From Nitrospirota bacterium (GTDB lineage Bacteria; Nitrospirota; Thermodesulfovibrionia; Thermodesulfovibrionales; Dissulfurispiraceae): a stretch of DNA of 64,000 nt. Positions 27,590 through 38,394 of this stretch are shown piece by piece. How positions within the stretch are numbered: the stretch's first letter is position 1; each line of letters begins with the position of its first letter. The stretch is taken from NCBI GenBank assembly GCA_963710375.1, contig CAVPZX010000003.1, positions 128,001-192,000 on the forward strand. The letters are read 5' to 3'. The translations under genes and the position numbers were made by a program. The notes under the pieces were generated by a model. That model was not told where the DNA came from. It worked only from the letters and a program-made list of their open reading frames with translations, and made no database searches.

Positions 27590-29017
27590 GTGAAAAAATC
27601 ACTGGGCATAGCACTTTTAATCTTGCTTTTTATGGCAGGGTGTGAGTCAGTGAACACTCAGGTGAAGCCGGCGCTTGAGAATGAGGGGGAAGTGTTCGTA
27701 TATATCGCATCATTTCCTCAGGAGGCGGACAGGCTTACCGTCGAAATTGAGAGCGTTACCGCTGTGCGTAACGACGGCGCAGAGTTCCCCCTTACGCTTA
27801 ATTTTGTAACACTGAAAGGAAGCGACCTGAAGAGACAACGCTTCCTGGCTTCCGGCCGGCTGCCGCCGGGTCATTATACGGGCCTGTCCATAAAGACGAA
27901 GAGCGCGAAAGTGGCTGCTGAGGAGGGAGAAGCAGCGTTGCTCGTACCGCCCGAGCCTGTGAAGAACGAATTCTCTTTTGAGGTGACAAGGAAAAGAGCA
28001 CTCCTTCTCTCCCTTCTTTATCAGCCTTCCAAGTCCGTGCTGGAAGGCTTCACGTTCAGGCCGGTCTTCACGATCTCTATCCCGAGTGCGCCGCCAGTCA
28101 ACCTTATCGGTTATGTAACGAACAGCGGCGCCAATACCATTACGGTTTTTGATAAGCAGTCAGGGCTGGTAAGAAGCGTTATTGCAACAGGTGAGCGGCC
28201 AATGGGCATGGCCCTCGACCAGACTTTGCGTAAGGCCTATGTCGCTTTTGAGGGTGAAGATGCCGTGGGTATCATTGACCTGTTGTCCGGCACGATTGTA
28301 AACAGGATCTACCTCAGCGGAGGCGACATGCCCTGTGAATTGGCGCTCACCCCCGACCAGCAGTTCCTGTTAACGGTGAACACAGGTTCACAGACTGTCA
28401 GCATTATCAATACGCAATCCATGTTCGAAACAGCGAGGGTGCCTGTCGGACAAGGACCTCATTCAATAATTATCAACAGGACCGGCAGCAGGGCATATGT
28501 CTTCAACTCCATTTCGAACACAATATCGATCATTAATATTGCTGCCTGGTCATCGGGACGGCCTACTACTGCCCAGGCGGTTCAGACTGTCAGTACAGAG
28601 CCGGGTCCCATGACCGGCCAGTTCAGCAGCAGGGGAGACAAACTCTATGTGGTCCAGGAGCGCTCGCTATATATTACTGTACGGGATCCGGCCTCTAACG
28701 CTCTGCTAAACAGAATATACATGGGTACCGGAGGCAGGACGATCAAAGTGGACCCTAATACAAATATGCTCTATGTGGCGCCTGCCGGCGGAACAGATAT
28801 CGAGATCTATGACCCGTTCTCACTGATTGCCGGCTATTTCATGCCTATGGAAGGAGAAGTTGTTTCTATGACAATAGACAATGACGACAACACCTTATGC
28901 GCTGTGGTTCCCGAAAAGAGAATGGTGAAGATCATCAATCTCACGAGCAGGAAAGTGATCTCTGAGATGGACGTCGATGTCAACCCGTACTGGGTGGACG
29001 TAATGGGCGAACGGTAG
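27590..29017 (+). CDS. YVTN/YncE-type beta-propeller lipoprotein
   Basis: Lipobox MAGC; GYVTNSGANTITVFD repeats; GTG start after a G-rich RBS. Confidence 0.85.
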   Translation: MKKSLGIALLILLFMAGCESVNTQVKPALENEGEVFVYIASFPQEADRLTVEIESVTAVRNDGAEFPLTLNFVTLKGSDLKRQRFLASGRLPPGHYTGLSIKTKSAKVAAEEGEAALLVPPEPVKNEFSFEVTRKRALLLSLLYQPSKSVLEGFTFRPVFTISIPSAPPVNLIGYVTNSGANTITVFDKQSGLVRSVIATGERPMGMALDQTLRKAYVAFEGEDAVGIIDLLSGTIVNRIYLSGGDMPCELALTPDQQFLLTVNTGSQTVSIINTQSMFETARVPVGQGPHSIIINRTGSRAYVFNSISNTISIINIAAWSSGRPTTAQAVQTVSTEPGPMTGQFSSRGDKLYVVQERSLYITVRDPASNALLNRIYMGTGGRTIKVDPNTNMLYVAPAGGTDIEIYDPFSLIAGYFMPMEGEVVSMTIDNDDNTLCAVVPEKRMVKIINLTSRKVISEMDVDVNPYWVDVMGER

Positions 29018-29034
29018 GTATCGGCCGGCCGGGA

Positions 29035-31347
29035 ATGTCAAGACTTTCACTGTTATTTTTTTTAGTGTGTGCCGCTGCGGTGATATATACGGAGGCGTTT
29101 AGTGGAAGAGCCTGTGCAGACGATATATCGGGCTATGCGGAACTGGACTATTCACATTCCAACCAGAAGACCGACAACGGAAACGGAAACGTTTCCACGC
29201 AGAAAACAGATGATGTCACACAGCGATATAACCTTTCGCTAACTAAGCTGCTTTATCCCAACCTTAAGTTTTTTGCAAACGGTATTTTTGAGAAGGATAT
29301 GGCATCTACCGTAGACGAAACCGGCAAGACAAATTCAACGACGACAAACATTCAGCCGGTCGTCAGCCTTACTTTAGGCACCCCGGTAATCGTGGCCGGG
29401 GCCACATATAACAGGCTCCAGATTAATACGCAGTCCTCAGGCGCCTCTCAGACCCTTATCAACGAAAATTACAGTGGTTCGCTCGGCTTAAGGCCGGAAG
29501 GGTTGCCGTCTTTCGACATCAATGAACAAATGACCAGGACTTATGACCCGGCGCATGTCGTTGAGAACCTGATAACGGACCGGCTGTCAGTGGGTTCAAG
29601 GTTTAGTCCCGTGAAGGGTCTTGATCTGGGTTATCAGTTCGGCTATACCGATACTAATGACAAGTTGGCAGATGTTACCACGACGCAGATCAACAACAGC
29701 GGCACATTTTCGTATAATCATAGTTTTTGGGGTAACAGGGTTCGTTTTGGCGTAGACGGCAACGTCTCGCAGCTTCAAACTAAGGCGACCATCGGCGCTG
29801 CATCTACTACCGGCACAGCGCAGTTCAGCCAGTCAGCCGTTTCTGGTCTGTATGCAGCGGACTCGACAGCAGACTCTCCACTGGGCGTGGATGTGCCGCC
29901 CCATACACCCGTCAACGATGCAATGATTTCCACAACCTTCCTTATCAATGGCGGCGATTTCCTCGGCAATGTGGGAAAGCTGAATATCGGTTTTCCTCAG
30001 ACGAACCCGGCGGACAACAACCCCCGTGATGTAGGTCTGGCTTTTGCGCAACCCACGGAGCTGGATGCCATTTATGTAACCGTTAACCAGGATGTCAACA
30101 GCATAGCTACATCATATTCCTGGGATGTATACATAAGCTCCGATACCAATATCGGGCAAGGGGTGAGTCCCACTGCCACGCAGCAGTGGACCCTATACCA
30201 GCAGGGGGCAACTTTTATCTTTTCAGAGATCGACAACACTTTTAGAATTAGCTTCCAGAAGGTTACAGCTCAGTTCTTCAAGGTGGTAACAAAGCCCCTC
30301 AGTGTGCCTGCTTCTGTGCCTGGAGTGGATGTCAATAACATACTTATCAGCCAGGTACAGGCGTTCGATACGACCGCTCCTTCGAATGCTCCGACAAACA
30401 AGACCACCACGACTACACAGAACTACGACATGAACTTGAGGGTGAGGATCCTCAATAAGCCGGTGCTCTACTACGACCTGACGTCCTATTATTCAAACAC
30501 GTCAAATAAAGGTTCAGGCTTCGCAGTGGGTCACCCCAGCCTGTTGACATACTACATCTCCAACGGCCTGTCAGGGGCATACCAGTTCAGCAGGGTATTT
30601 TCGACATCCGCAAGGGTCGCACTAGAGGACAGCAAAGACCAGCAGGGCTCCGGCGTCACCCAGATCTACAATGCCGCGGTTACCGCGGCGCCCCTTGAAA
30701 CGTTGAGCCACTCTCTCGTCTTCAGCAGCAGGCGGGAATCGATCCACGGAGCGCCTCAAGACATCACCTCGCTATTCCTGACTAATCTTGCCCAACTATA
30801 TAAAGGGATCAATGCTGCCTTTTCAGGCGGATTAAACTGGACCACCCAGACAACGCTTCAGAAAAACACGAGTGAAACCCTTAATGCCACCCTCAGCTTC
30901 GTCCCTTACAAAGTCCTTACTATTAACAGTGATTTTACCTACACGAACTCAAAGACAACAGGAGGGAACATACCCAACGTGCTGACAACATCTGAACGAA
31001 GCGATCTGGCGTTTACATATACTCCATTCCCGACACTGAACTTTTTAGGGTCCATAGGCGTGTTTTCCGGGGCAAATGTCCAGTCGAGCACTATCGTAAA
31101 CTATGGCGTGAACTGGTCGCCGTTCCCCAACGGCACACTCCTGTTCAATTTCTCCTACATTGAGGATCTCAACTCTTTGAACAGTGTAAAAGATACAACG
31201 ATATTGCCTACTGTCAGATGGAACATCAGCCCTAACACATATTTGACAATTACCTATAATATCTTCAAGACTAAATCCGTCGTAACAAATGTGCCTCAGA
31301 ACACATCCCTCGACACTTTAAGTACGGTGCTCCATGTGTCATTCTGA
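29035..31347 (+). CDS. Predicted outer-membrane beta-barrel protein with inserted extracellular domain
   Basis: Signal peptide, alternating aromatic/Ser-Thr beta-strand pattern, C-terminal LHVSF; central non-barrel-like segment. Confidence 0.7.
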   Translation: MSRLSLLFFLVCAAAVIYTEAFSGRACADDISGYAELDYSHSNQKTDNGNGNVSTQKTDDVTQRYNLSLTKLLYPNLKFFANGIFEKDMASTVDETGKTNSTTTNIQPVVSLTLGTPVIVAGATYNRLQINTQSSGASQTLINENYSGSLGLRPEGLPSFDINEQMTRTYDPAHVVENLITDRLSVGSRFSPVKGLDLGYQFGYTDTNDKLADVTTTQINNSGTFSYNHSFWGNRVRFGVDGNVSQLQTKATIGAASTTGTAQFSQSAVSGLYAADSTADSPLGVDVPPHTPVNDAMISTTFLINGGDFLGNVGKLNIGFPQTNPADNNPRDVGLAFAQPTELDAIYVTVNQDVNSIATSYSWDVYISSDTNIGQGVSPTATQQWTLYQQGATFIFSEIDNTFRISFQKVTAQFFKVVTKPLSVPASVPGVDVNNILISQVQAFDTTAPSNAPTNKTTTTTQNYDMNLRVRILNKPVLYYDLTSYYSNTSNKGSGFAVGHPSLLTYYISNGLSGAYQFSRVFSTSARVALEDSKDQQGSGVTQIYNAAVTAAPLETLSHSLVFSSRRESIHGAPQDITSLFLTNLAQLYKGINAAFSGGLNWTTQTTLQKNTSETLNATLSFVPYKVLTINSDFTYTNSKTTGGNIPNVLTTSERSDLAFTYTPFPTLNFLGSIGVFSGANVQSSTIVNYGVNWSPFPNGTLLFNFSYIEDLNSLNSVKDTTILPTVRWNISPNTYLTITYNIFKTKSVVTNVPQNTSLDTLSTVLHVSF

Positions 31348-31362
31348 AGCCTGGGGGTATTA

Positions 31363-31986
31363 GTGGAAATAGTATCAAATAATATGTTAATGTTTGTTTT
31401 TCGTATGAGTAATATCGTATCTAAAATCAAAGCGATTGTTCTGTTAGCAGTGCTATGCTTGCTGCCCTGCTGCGGCGGACGCAGTTCTGATTCCTATCGG
31501 GATCCGAATATGGATTTCGCCTCTATACGGACCGTGGCCGTGCTGCCCTTTGCAAATCTGTCAAAAGACCAATTGGCTGGTGAGAGGGTGAGGGACGTGT
31601 TTATTCCAATGCTGATGGAGAGCGGGAGCATCTATGTTTTGCCTCCTGGAGAAGTAGCCCGCGGACTCTCAAGGATCAATGTTGCCAATCCCACTGCTCC
31701 TGCTGTTGAAGAGGTGACGAAACTGGCCTCGATCCTGAGAGTGGATGCCGTTATCACAGGTTTGGTAAGGGAATACGGTGAATTACGGTCGGGAAACACA
31801 GAGGCAAATGTCATTTCGCTGAGCCTCGAAATGCTCGATGGACAGACAGGAAGGGTAGTGTGGGTCGCCTCTACCACTAAAGGGGGGATCACGTTGAAAG
31901 ACAGGCTCCTTGGCGGCGGCGGCAGCGCCATGAACGATGTGACCGAAAATGCAGTGAATGATCTGCTTGATAAGCTTTTTAAATAG
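31363..31986 (+). CDS. CsgG/PelC/GNA1162-like lipoprotein
   Basis: LPCCG lipobox-like; TVAVLPFANLS, VDAVITGLVREY and DGQTGRVVW. The start may be ATG 31405. Confidence 0.75.
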   Translation: MEIVSNNMLMFVFRMSNIVSKIKAIVLLAVLCLLPCCGGRSSDSYRDPNMDFASIRTVAVLPFANLSKDQLAGERVRDVFIPMLMESGSIYVLPPGEVARGLSRINVANPTAPAVEEVTKLASILRVDAVITGLVREYGELRSGNTEANVISLSLEMLDGQTGRVVWVASTTKGGITLKDRLLGGGGSAMNDVTENAVNDLLDKLFK

Positions 31987-33145
31987 ATTTTTTTTGGTTA
32001 TTGCGGTATGTCTGAGCCTATCCGTCCTTGCGGCCTGTGCAACTGATACAACAGCGTTAAAACAGCAGACGCTTCCGGAACAGTTCGGACCCGGTCCACT
32101 CCGGATAGCAGTCCTGCCATTTGAAAATATGAGCGGAAAGGCCGCTCCCCTCAAGCCCCTCAAGCAATCGGCAGTTAATCGACTTAAGGCCCTGGGATTT
32201 TCCATTTTGGACGATACAGCGCTTGATCGGTTCATGACAGCGCACAGACTGCGTTATACCGGAGGCGTAGATGCCCAGACAGCGCAGCAGTTCAAGAGCG
32301 AGTTAGGCGTCGATGCAGTGCTTATCACCAATATCGAATTATACGATGATGCGGCGCCGCCGAAAATAGCCTTGCTCAGCCGCCTCGTCTCGACGGGTGA
32401 ACCGCCGTCTATTCTTTGGATGAACGGTGTATCGCTTGCAGGCGATGAATCACCCGGGATATTAGGCGTGGGGTTGATCGAAGACCCCTCAAAACTGACA
32501 GAAAAGGCATTGGGGAGTCTTTTCGGCTCCATGATGGATCATAGTTCCGGAAAAACAGGAACGATGAATATAGGCAGATGGGGGTATGGTCCCAGAGCTG
32601 TCTTCGCATCTCCAGTTCTTCAAAGAGGCAAACGGTACACTATCGCTATAGTCCCGTTTACAAACAAGAGTGCGAGGCGGAATGCGGGCGACCTTGTTGA
32701 ATTGCATTTTGCGGAACAACTCGTGAGGCGCGGAGATTTTGAGGTTGTCGAGCCTGGAATTGTGCGTCAGAACCTTTTAAACCTGAGACTGGTAATGCCC
32801 GAAGGCATATCTCTTTCCGATATTGACGTTCTCTTTGACCTCCTCAACACTGACCTTGTGTTGATCGGAACTGTTTTCGAATATCAAGACCAGCAGCAGG
32901 GCCGAACCGGGACGCCAAAAGTAGGATTTTCGACGTTTCTTATCGACAGGGCAAGCCGGAGGATAATCTGGTCATCCGGCAGCCATAATGGAGGCGATGA
33001 CTACATTTACGCCTTTGATTGGGGGAAGGTATACACTGCCCACGAGTTGATGTCGAGAATGGCCGCAAAGATCGTGCGCATACTGCATGAAAAACTCTAC
33101 TCAGAGCCGAAGGGCATGCTGACAGGAACGTTGCCGAAATCATGA
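31958..33145 (+). CDS. Lipoprotein with two tandem CsgG/PelC-like domains
   Basis: LAAC lipobox; RIAVLPFENMS...VDAVL and TIAIVPFTNKS...DLVLIGTVFEY repeats. Confidence 0.75.
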   Translation: MICLISFLNRFFLVIAVCLSLSVLAACATDTTALKQQTLPEQFGPGPLRIAVLPFENMSGKAAPLKPLKQSAVNRLKALGFSILDDTALDRFMTAHRLRYTGGVDAQTAQQFKSELGVDAVLITNIELYDDAAPPKIALLSRLVSTGEPPSILWMNGVSLAGDESPGILGVGLIEDPSKLTEKALGSLFGSMMDHSSGKTGTMNIGRWGYGPRAVFASPVLQRGKRYTIAIVPFTNKSARRNAGDLVELHFAEQLVRRGDFEVVEPGIVRQNLLNLRLVMPEGISLSDIDVLFDLLNTDLVLIGTVFEYQDQQQGRTGTPKVGFSTFLIDRASRRIIWSSGSHNGGDDYIYAFDWGKVYTAHELMSRMAAKIVRILHEKLYSEPKGMLTGTLPKS

Positions 33146-33314
33146 ATCTGAGTTGCAGACAGGTGGGGTTCAAAATTGAAAATGGTATGCTCAATGTGAT
33201 AGCATATTATCCTGTGGTTACATTCATTTATTCAAACAAATTCCCGGAACAAGCTGTCAAAGATTCTAATGGTTTGCTGTGAGGATTCCGGAATTGCACA
33301 TAGGGGGAAATCCA

Positions 33315-35108
33315 GTGGAGAAAATTACTTGTAAGATAGTTGTGTTTGTTTGTGCACTTATGCTGCCTATGTATTTTGCGGTCCCGGCGCGCGCAGAAGA
33401 TAAAAAAGTGAATGCAGAAAACGCTGTCCCTGCGCATGAGGCTGCCGGCGCTGAGGCAAAACCTGCACCGCAGGCCGGCGCAGGCGAGGTGGTTATAGGC
33501 CTGAATATACCGCTTCTCTCACCGCTTTTTTCCGAAGTCCCCCTGGCAAAGGTAAACGACGAGACGGTCACAGTGAAGGAAATCAGGGATGCAGTTATCG
33601 CTTCGCACGAAGAAAGGACTGAAGAGAAGGCCGCTCAAAAGATAAATTATGTTGAAATACTTGACCGGCTGATTAACTCGAAGCTTATCCTGCAGGAGGC
33701 CCGCGGAATGGGCATCGACGAGCTGCCTGACATAAAAGAGGCGATTTCCGCCTATGGGAAAGAAATGCGCAAAAATCTGCTGCTGATGCGGGCCACGAAA
33801 AACGCGAAGGCGGACCCTGCAGAAGTCGATAAGATATATAAAGATATGATCAGGGAGTGGAAGATCAAATCTGTGCTCTTTTTCCAGGAAGAGGATGCGA
33901 AGAAGATGCTGGAGGGCATCAAGGCAGGAAAGAGCTTTGATGAACTGGCTGAAAAGGCGGTAGCAGACAAAAAAGCTAAGGGAAATTTGAAGGAAGATTT
34001 CATCGGGCCGGCCAATCTACTGCCGCAGGTGACTCAAGCTGTTGCGTCGATAAAGATCGGTTCAGTAACTCCCGTCGTCAAGATTTTGGCAGGCAAGGAA
34101 AATTCCGGATATGCCGTGCTCAAGCTTGTTGACGTGCGTTATGTAGACAATAAAGAGGCAAAAGAAAAAGCTGAGCAGGAGTCGCTTCAACACCAGAAGG
34201 CCAAAATGATTCAGGAGTATGGTAAAACGCTTATCAAGAAATACGATGTAAAAGTCAATAAGCAGCTCCTTAAGCAACTTGATTTTACCGCAAAGAAGCC
34301 CGGGATCGAAAAACTCTCGCAGGACAGGCGGGTACTTGCGGTAATAAAGGGAGAAAAGCCGATCACTATTGGGGTTGTCACCGTTGAGGTCAAGAAGTCC
34401 TTCTTTCATGGGTTAAAGGAGGCGCTCGCCGAAAACCGGGTCAATGACAAGAAATTTGAAGTCCTGGAGGGCTTGATCGACAAAGCACTAGAGGAAAAAG
34501 AAGCAGCCAAGCAGGGTTTGGACAAGACTGATGAATATAAGAACATGATGAAAGAATATGGGAACTCCGTTATTTTCGGCACTTTTATAGAAAAGGTCAT
34601 AGCTCCTGATGTGAAACTTACGAAGGAGGAAATTGAAACATATTACAAGGAACATATAAGCGAATACACCACTCCCGCGATGATCAGTTTAGACGGTCTG
34701 GCCTTTGCAAAAAAAGAGGATGCCGAAAATGCCATAGAGAAACTGAGGAAGGGCACCGATTACAACTGGCTGGTCAGCAACGCCGAAGGGCAGGTAAAAA
34801 AGGACGCCAAGAACCTGCTCTCTTTTGAGGGTAATCTGCTTACTGTTAAGAGCATGCCTGAGGGATTACAGAAAGTTTTAGCCGGGGCGAAAGAGGATGA
34901 GGTGAAACTCTATGCTAGTCCCGATGGCTACTACTATGTAGTTGTTGTAAAACATATAGTTGCTCCTGAGTCTAAACCACTTTCTGAAGTTCAGCAGGAC
35001 ATAGCCGGCAAGGTATACGGCGGGAAGCTTAAAGATTCTGTGGAAGAATATGCGGCCAAGCTGAGAAAGGCCGGTGACGTTAGGATTTACCTTTCTAAAA
35101 CCGAGTGA
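33315..35108 (+). CDS. SurA/PrsA-like peptidyl-prolyl isomerase chaperone
   Basis: LAKVNDETVT...LDRLINSKLILQEA (SurA N-domain), GKSFDELA (parvulin-like); duplicated architecture. Confidence 0.8.
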   Translation: MEKITCKIVVFVCALMLPMYFAVPARAEDKKVNAENAVPAHEAAGAEAKPAPQAGAGEVVIGLNIPLLSPLFSEVPLAKVNDETVTVKEIRDAVIASHEERTEEKAAQKINYVEILDRLINSKLILQEARGMGIDELPDIKEAISAYGKEMRKNLLLMRATKNAKADPAEVDKIYKDMIREWKIKSVLFFQEEDAKKMLEGIKAGKSFDELAEKAVADKKAKGNLKEDFIGPANLLPQVTQAVASIKIGSVTPVVKILAGKENSGYAVLKLVDVRYVDNKEAKEKAEQESLQHQKAKMIQEYGKTLIKKYDVKVNKQLLKQLDFTAKKPGIEKLSQDRRVLAVIKGEKPITIGVVTVEVKKSFFHGLKEALAENRVNDKKFEVLEGLIDKALEEKEAAKQGLDKTDEYKNMMKEYGNSVIFGTFIEKVIAPDVKLTKEEIETYYKEHISEYTTPAMISLDGLAFAKKEDAENAIEKLRKGTDYNWLVSNAEGQVKKDAKNLLSFEGNLLTVKSMPEGLQKVLAGAKEDEVKLYASPDGYYYVVVVKHIVAPESKPLSEVQQDIAGKVYGGKLKDSVEEYAAKLRKAGDVRIYLSKTE

Positions 35109-37108
35109 GGAGCCTGCACATGTGGCGGATCTTAATTGCAAAACACAGGAGAGGGTTGGCAGGGGCGGCATTGCTACTGTTGTGCATGATAGCAATCCTC
35201 TCTGCGGCGCTTGGTACTGCGCTGGCAGAGAGGAAATTTACCCGCAAGGAGTGCCTGGACTGCCATACGAAGTTTGCTGAAAAATACCTTTCCATGAAGA
35301 GCGTTCATGCCGTGGTTAAAGAAAAAAAATGCGAGGAATGCCACATAAGGCATGGACTGGTGCCTAAGAACGTCCTGAAAAAAGCGGGCAACGAGCTCTG
35401 TTTTACCTGCCACACAATAGAGAAGCTCGGCCTGACTAAGCCGCAGGTACATTCCGCATTGAAGTCAGGCAGTTGTACGCAGTGCCATAATCCCCACGCA
35501 TCGCAGGCCAGCCATCTGTTGAAAGCGGAAGGCAACGAGGTCTGTTACCAATGCCATAAAAAAGAAATTTTTGAAAAGAAGGTTGTGCATAAGGTGATGC
35601 AGACAGAGGGCTGCAAGGCTTGCCATTTCTCGCACAGCTCCGACGAGAAAAATCTCCTCACCAAGCCGGAGACGCAGTTGTGTCTTTCCTGTCATGACAA
35701 GGGCGCTGAAGCTTTTAAGAAGGCACACGGCGGATATCCGGTGGAGACAAAACTGTGTTCGGTCTGCCATAATCCACACTCATCAGAGCAGCCGAAACTG
35801 CTGAAAACGAGCGTTCATAACCCTGTGGCATCGGGCACGTGCGATGCCTGCCACGCCGATGCAAAATCCGCGAAACCGTTCGCCGTAACGCAAAGCGGCG
35901 GGAAGATGTGCGAGATGTGCCATGATTCAGAATCGTTAAGGGCAGGGGGAACGGTTGATCACGTCCCGTTCAAAAACGGACTCTGCCTCGAATGCCATAA
36001 TCCGCACGCCTCGGAAAATTTCAGGCTGCTCATGCTTGGCGGCAACAATCTTTGTTTCAAGTGTCATAAAGAAAAAGGTGTAAAGCCGATGTTCAGCCAC
36101 CCCGCGGTTTCCGGCGGTAAGGGCTGCCTCTCATGCCATGCACCCCATGCTGCAAAGAATCCGCGGCTCCTCCAGGTCAAAGATGGAGATATCTGCCTGA
36201 CCTGCCACGTAAAAATGAAAGAGGTGCTTAAGAGCAAAGTCATTCACCCGCCGTTTGCCGAGCAGATGTGCAGCACCTGTCACGATCCCCATGGTTCAAA
36301 TCTGACGGCCATGCTAAGGGACAGAATGGACAAGGTCTGCTACGGGTGCCATACCGATGCCGAAACACAGTTCGAAAAAACCTATATCCATAAGCCGGTG
36401 CGGACTGCACAATGTACTGCCTGCCATAGTCCTCACGGCTCTGCAAATGAGAAACTGCTGAAGGCTGAGGGGGCGGAGTTGTGCGAAAAGTGCCACAGCG
36501 AGCTTATGAAAGAAGTTAAAGGCGGAACAAACCACGTGCCATTTGCGGGAGGGATGTGCCTTACATGTCACAAACCTCACGCCAGTGATGTTTCCGGAGT
36601 GCTTGTCAACAAGCAGATTACACTATGCCTTACCTGTCATCCGGAAATCGGCAAAGGACTGGACGGGAGCATGAGCAAACACAAGCCTGTTGCGGCTGGT
36701 GAGTGCACAAAATGCCATAGCCCCCATAAGTCGAAAATAAATAAGCTGCTCCTCGCAGAGGGTCCTGATCTCTGCTTCTCCTGTCATAAGGACAAAAAGG
36801 AGAAAATGGAAAAGGAAAAGGCGCATCCGCCTGCTACCAGCGATTGTCTGACCTGCCACAAGCCGCACTATTCAGGCGAGAGGACACTGCTTGCCCAACC
36901 TGTTAAAGATCTCTGCAGCCAATGCCACGACCTGAAAGAAGAGACGTTCAGCAAGGCGCATATAGGGATTAATCCCGACGTCATCGACTGCAGGACGTGT
37001 CATGACCCCCATGCGTCGAACGACCCGAACTTCTTCAAGGACACCGTTCATCCGCCTTTTGCCGCCCGCACGTGTGAAGAATGCCACGTGGTTGGAGGTA
37101 AGAAATGA
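35105..37108 (+). CDS. 26-heme periplasmic cytochrome c (paired CXXCH repeats)
   Basis: Counted 26 CXXCH in H-P-x-CxxCHxPH...LCxxCH repeats; signal peptide. Confidence 0.93.
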   Translation: MRSLHMWRILIAKHRRGLAGAALLLLCMIAILSAALGTALAERKFTRKECLDCHTKFAEKYLSMKSVHAVVKEKKCEECHIRHGLVPKNVLKKAGNELCFTCHTIEKLGLTKPQVHSALKSGSCTQCHNPHASQASHLLKAEGNEVCYQCHKKEIFEKKVVHKVMQTEGCKACHFSHSSDEKNLLTKPETQLCLSCHDKGAEAFKKAHGGYPVETKLCSVCHNPHSSEQPKLLKTSVHNPVASGTCDACHADAKSAKPFAVTQSGGKMCEMCHDSESLRAGGTVDHVPFKNGLCLECHNPHASENFRLLMLGGNNLCFKCHKEKGVKPMFSHPAVSGGKGCLSCHAPHAAKNPRLLQVKDGDICLTCHVKMKEVLKSKVIHPPFAEQMCSTCHDPHGSNLTAMLRDRMDKVCYGCHTDAETQFEKTYIHKPVRTAQCTACHSPHGSANEKLLKAEGAELCEKCHSELMKEVKGGTNHVPFAGGMCLTCHKPHASDVSGVLVNKQITLCLTCHPEIGKGLDGSMSKHKPVAAGECTKCHSPHKSKINKLLLAEGPDLCFSCHKDKKEKMEKEKAHPPATSDCLTCHKPHYSGERTLLAQPVKDLCSQCHDLKEETFSKAHIGINPDVIDCRTCHDPHASNDPNFFKDTVHPPFAARTCEECHVVGGKK

Positions 37109-38394
37109 GAGGAACTGCGATGTATTTTAGATACACATTGCTCCTTCTGATTTCCGTTGCCTGTGTCCTCTCATCCGGGACGCCTGCCCATTCAGAGGAA
37201 AATAAGTTCAACCTGAAGCTGGGGGCCAGAGGGAAGGTCTGCCTGAATTGTCACGTTGAAATGCAGGACAAGCTAAAAAATCCCTTCGTACACACCCCTG
37301 TCAAGGTCGGTGACTGTACTGGATGCCATAACCCTCACACGTCTTCTCACGGCAAACTCCTTGCCGCAGATCCCAGCAAGATATGCCTTACCTGCCATAA
37401 AGCGATGGTGCCTGAAAATGCGCGCAGCGCCCATAAAGTTGTTGTGGACAATAACTGTATCAAGTGCCATGACCCTCATTCCGCAAAGAACAAGTTTAAT
37501 CTGCTGCAAAGCGGCAATGAACTCTGTTTTGGCTGCCACAAAGATATGGGTAATGTGGTTACAAAAGTAAAGTTCAAGCATTATCCGGTGGAAAAAGGAT
37601 GTCTCACCTGCCACAACCCACATGCCTCGATAAAGGCAAAATTCCTCTTGAAGGACGAAGTGCCTTCGCTTTGCCTTGGCTGCCATAAGACCAATCAGCC
37701 TATGTTTACGAAAGCTCATATGAACTACCCGGTGCAAAGGGCACGTTGTACAACATGCCATAACCCTCACGGCTCTGACAGACCCGGCATTCTCTTTAAT
37801 AATGTCCATAAACCTGTTGCCGGCAAGATGTGCAACCAATGTCATGAAGACCCTTCATCCAGCAATCCTTTTGCTACCAGGAGGCCCGGTTTTGAACTAT
37901 GCCAGGGGTGCCACAGCGGTTTGATCAAGGATGTCTTCAGCAAGAACAGGATACACTGGCCTCTGTTGGACAAAAAGAGCTGCCTGACCTGCCACAACCC
38001 GCATGCTTCACCTGAACCCAAACTCCTTAAAGCCTCGATGCGGCAGGTATGCGGCGCTTGTCATGCCGACAGTATCCAGCGGCAGGACAGGTCACAGACC
38101 AAGCATCCGCCGATAAAGGATGGGATGTGCACCTCATGCCACGAGCCTCATGCCGGTGACAGTCCATACTTTTTCATAAAGCCGACAGTTATCGAATTAT
38201 GCGGCACATGCCATGATTGGGAAAAGCATTCATCGCACCCGCTCGGTGAAAAGTTCATCGACCCGCGGAACAAGAATCTGACGATTCAGTGCCTTAGCTG
38301 TCACCGGGCTCACGGCACCGAACATAAGTCCTTTATTTATGCTTCACCGGTTAGTGCGTTATGCACACAGTGCCACGTTAAATATCAGAGGTGA
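37105..38394 (+). CDS. 16-heme periplasmic cytochrome c (paired CXXCH repeats)
   Basis: Counted 16 CXXCH; signal peptide. Confidence 0.93.
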   Translation: MRGTAMYFRYTLLLLISVACVLSSGTPAHSEENKFNLKLGARGKVCLNCHVEMQDKLKNPFVHTPVKVGDCTGCHNPHTSSHGKLLAADPSKICLTCHKAMVPENARSAHKVVVDNNCIKCHDPHSAKNKFNLLQSGNELCFGCHKDMGNVVTKVKFKHYPVEKGCLTCHNPHASIKAKFLLKDEVPSLCLGCHKTNQPMFTKAHMNYPVQRARCTTCHNPHGSDRPGILFNNVHKPVAGKMCNQCHEDPSSSNPFATRRPGFELCQGCHSGLIKDVFSKNRIHWPLLDKKSCLTCHNPHASPEPKLLKASMRQVCGACHADSIQRQDRSQTKHPPIKDGMCTSCHEPHAGDSPYFFIKPTVIELCGTCHDWEKHSSHPLGEKFIDPRNKNLTIQCLSCHRAHGTEHKSFIYASPVSALCTQCHVKYQR

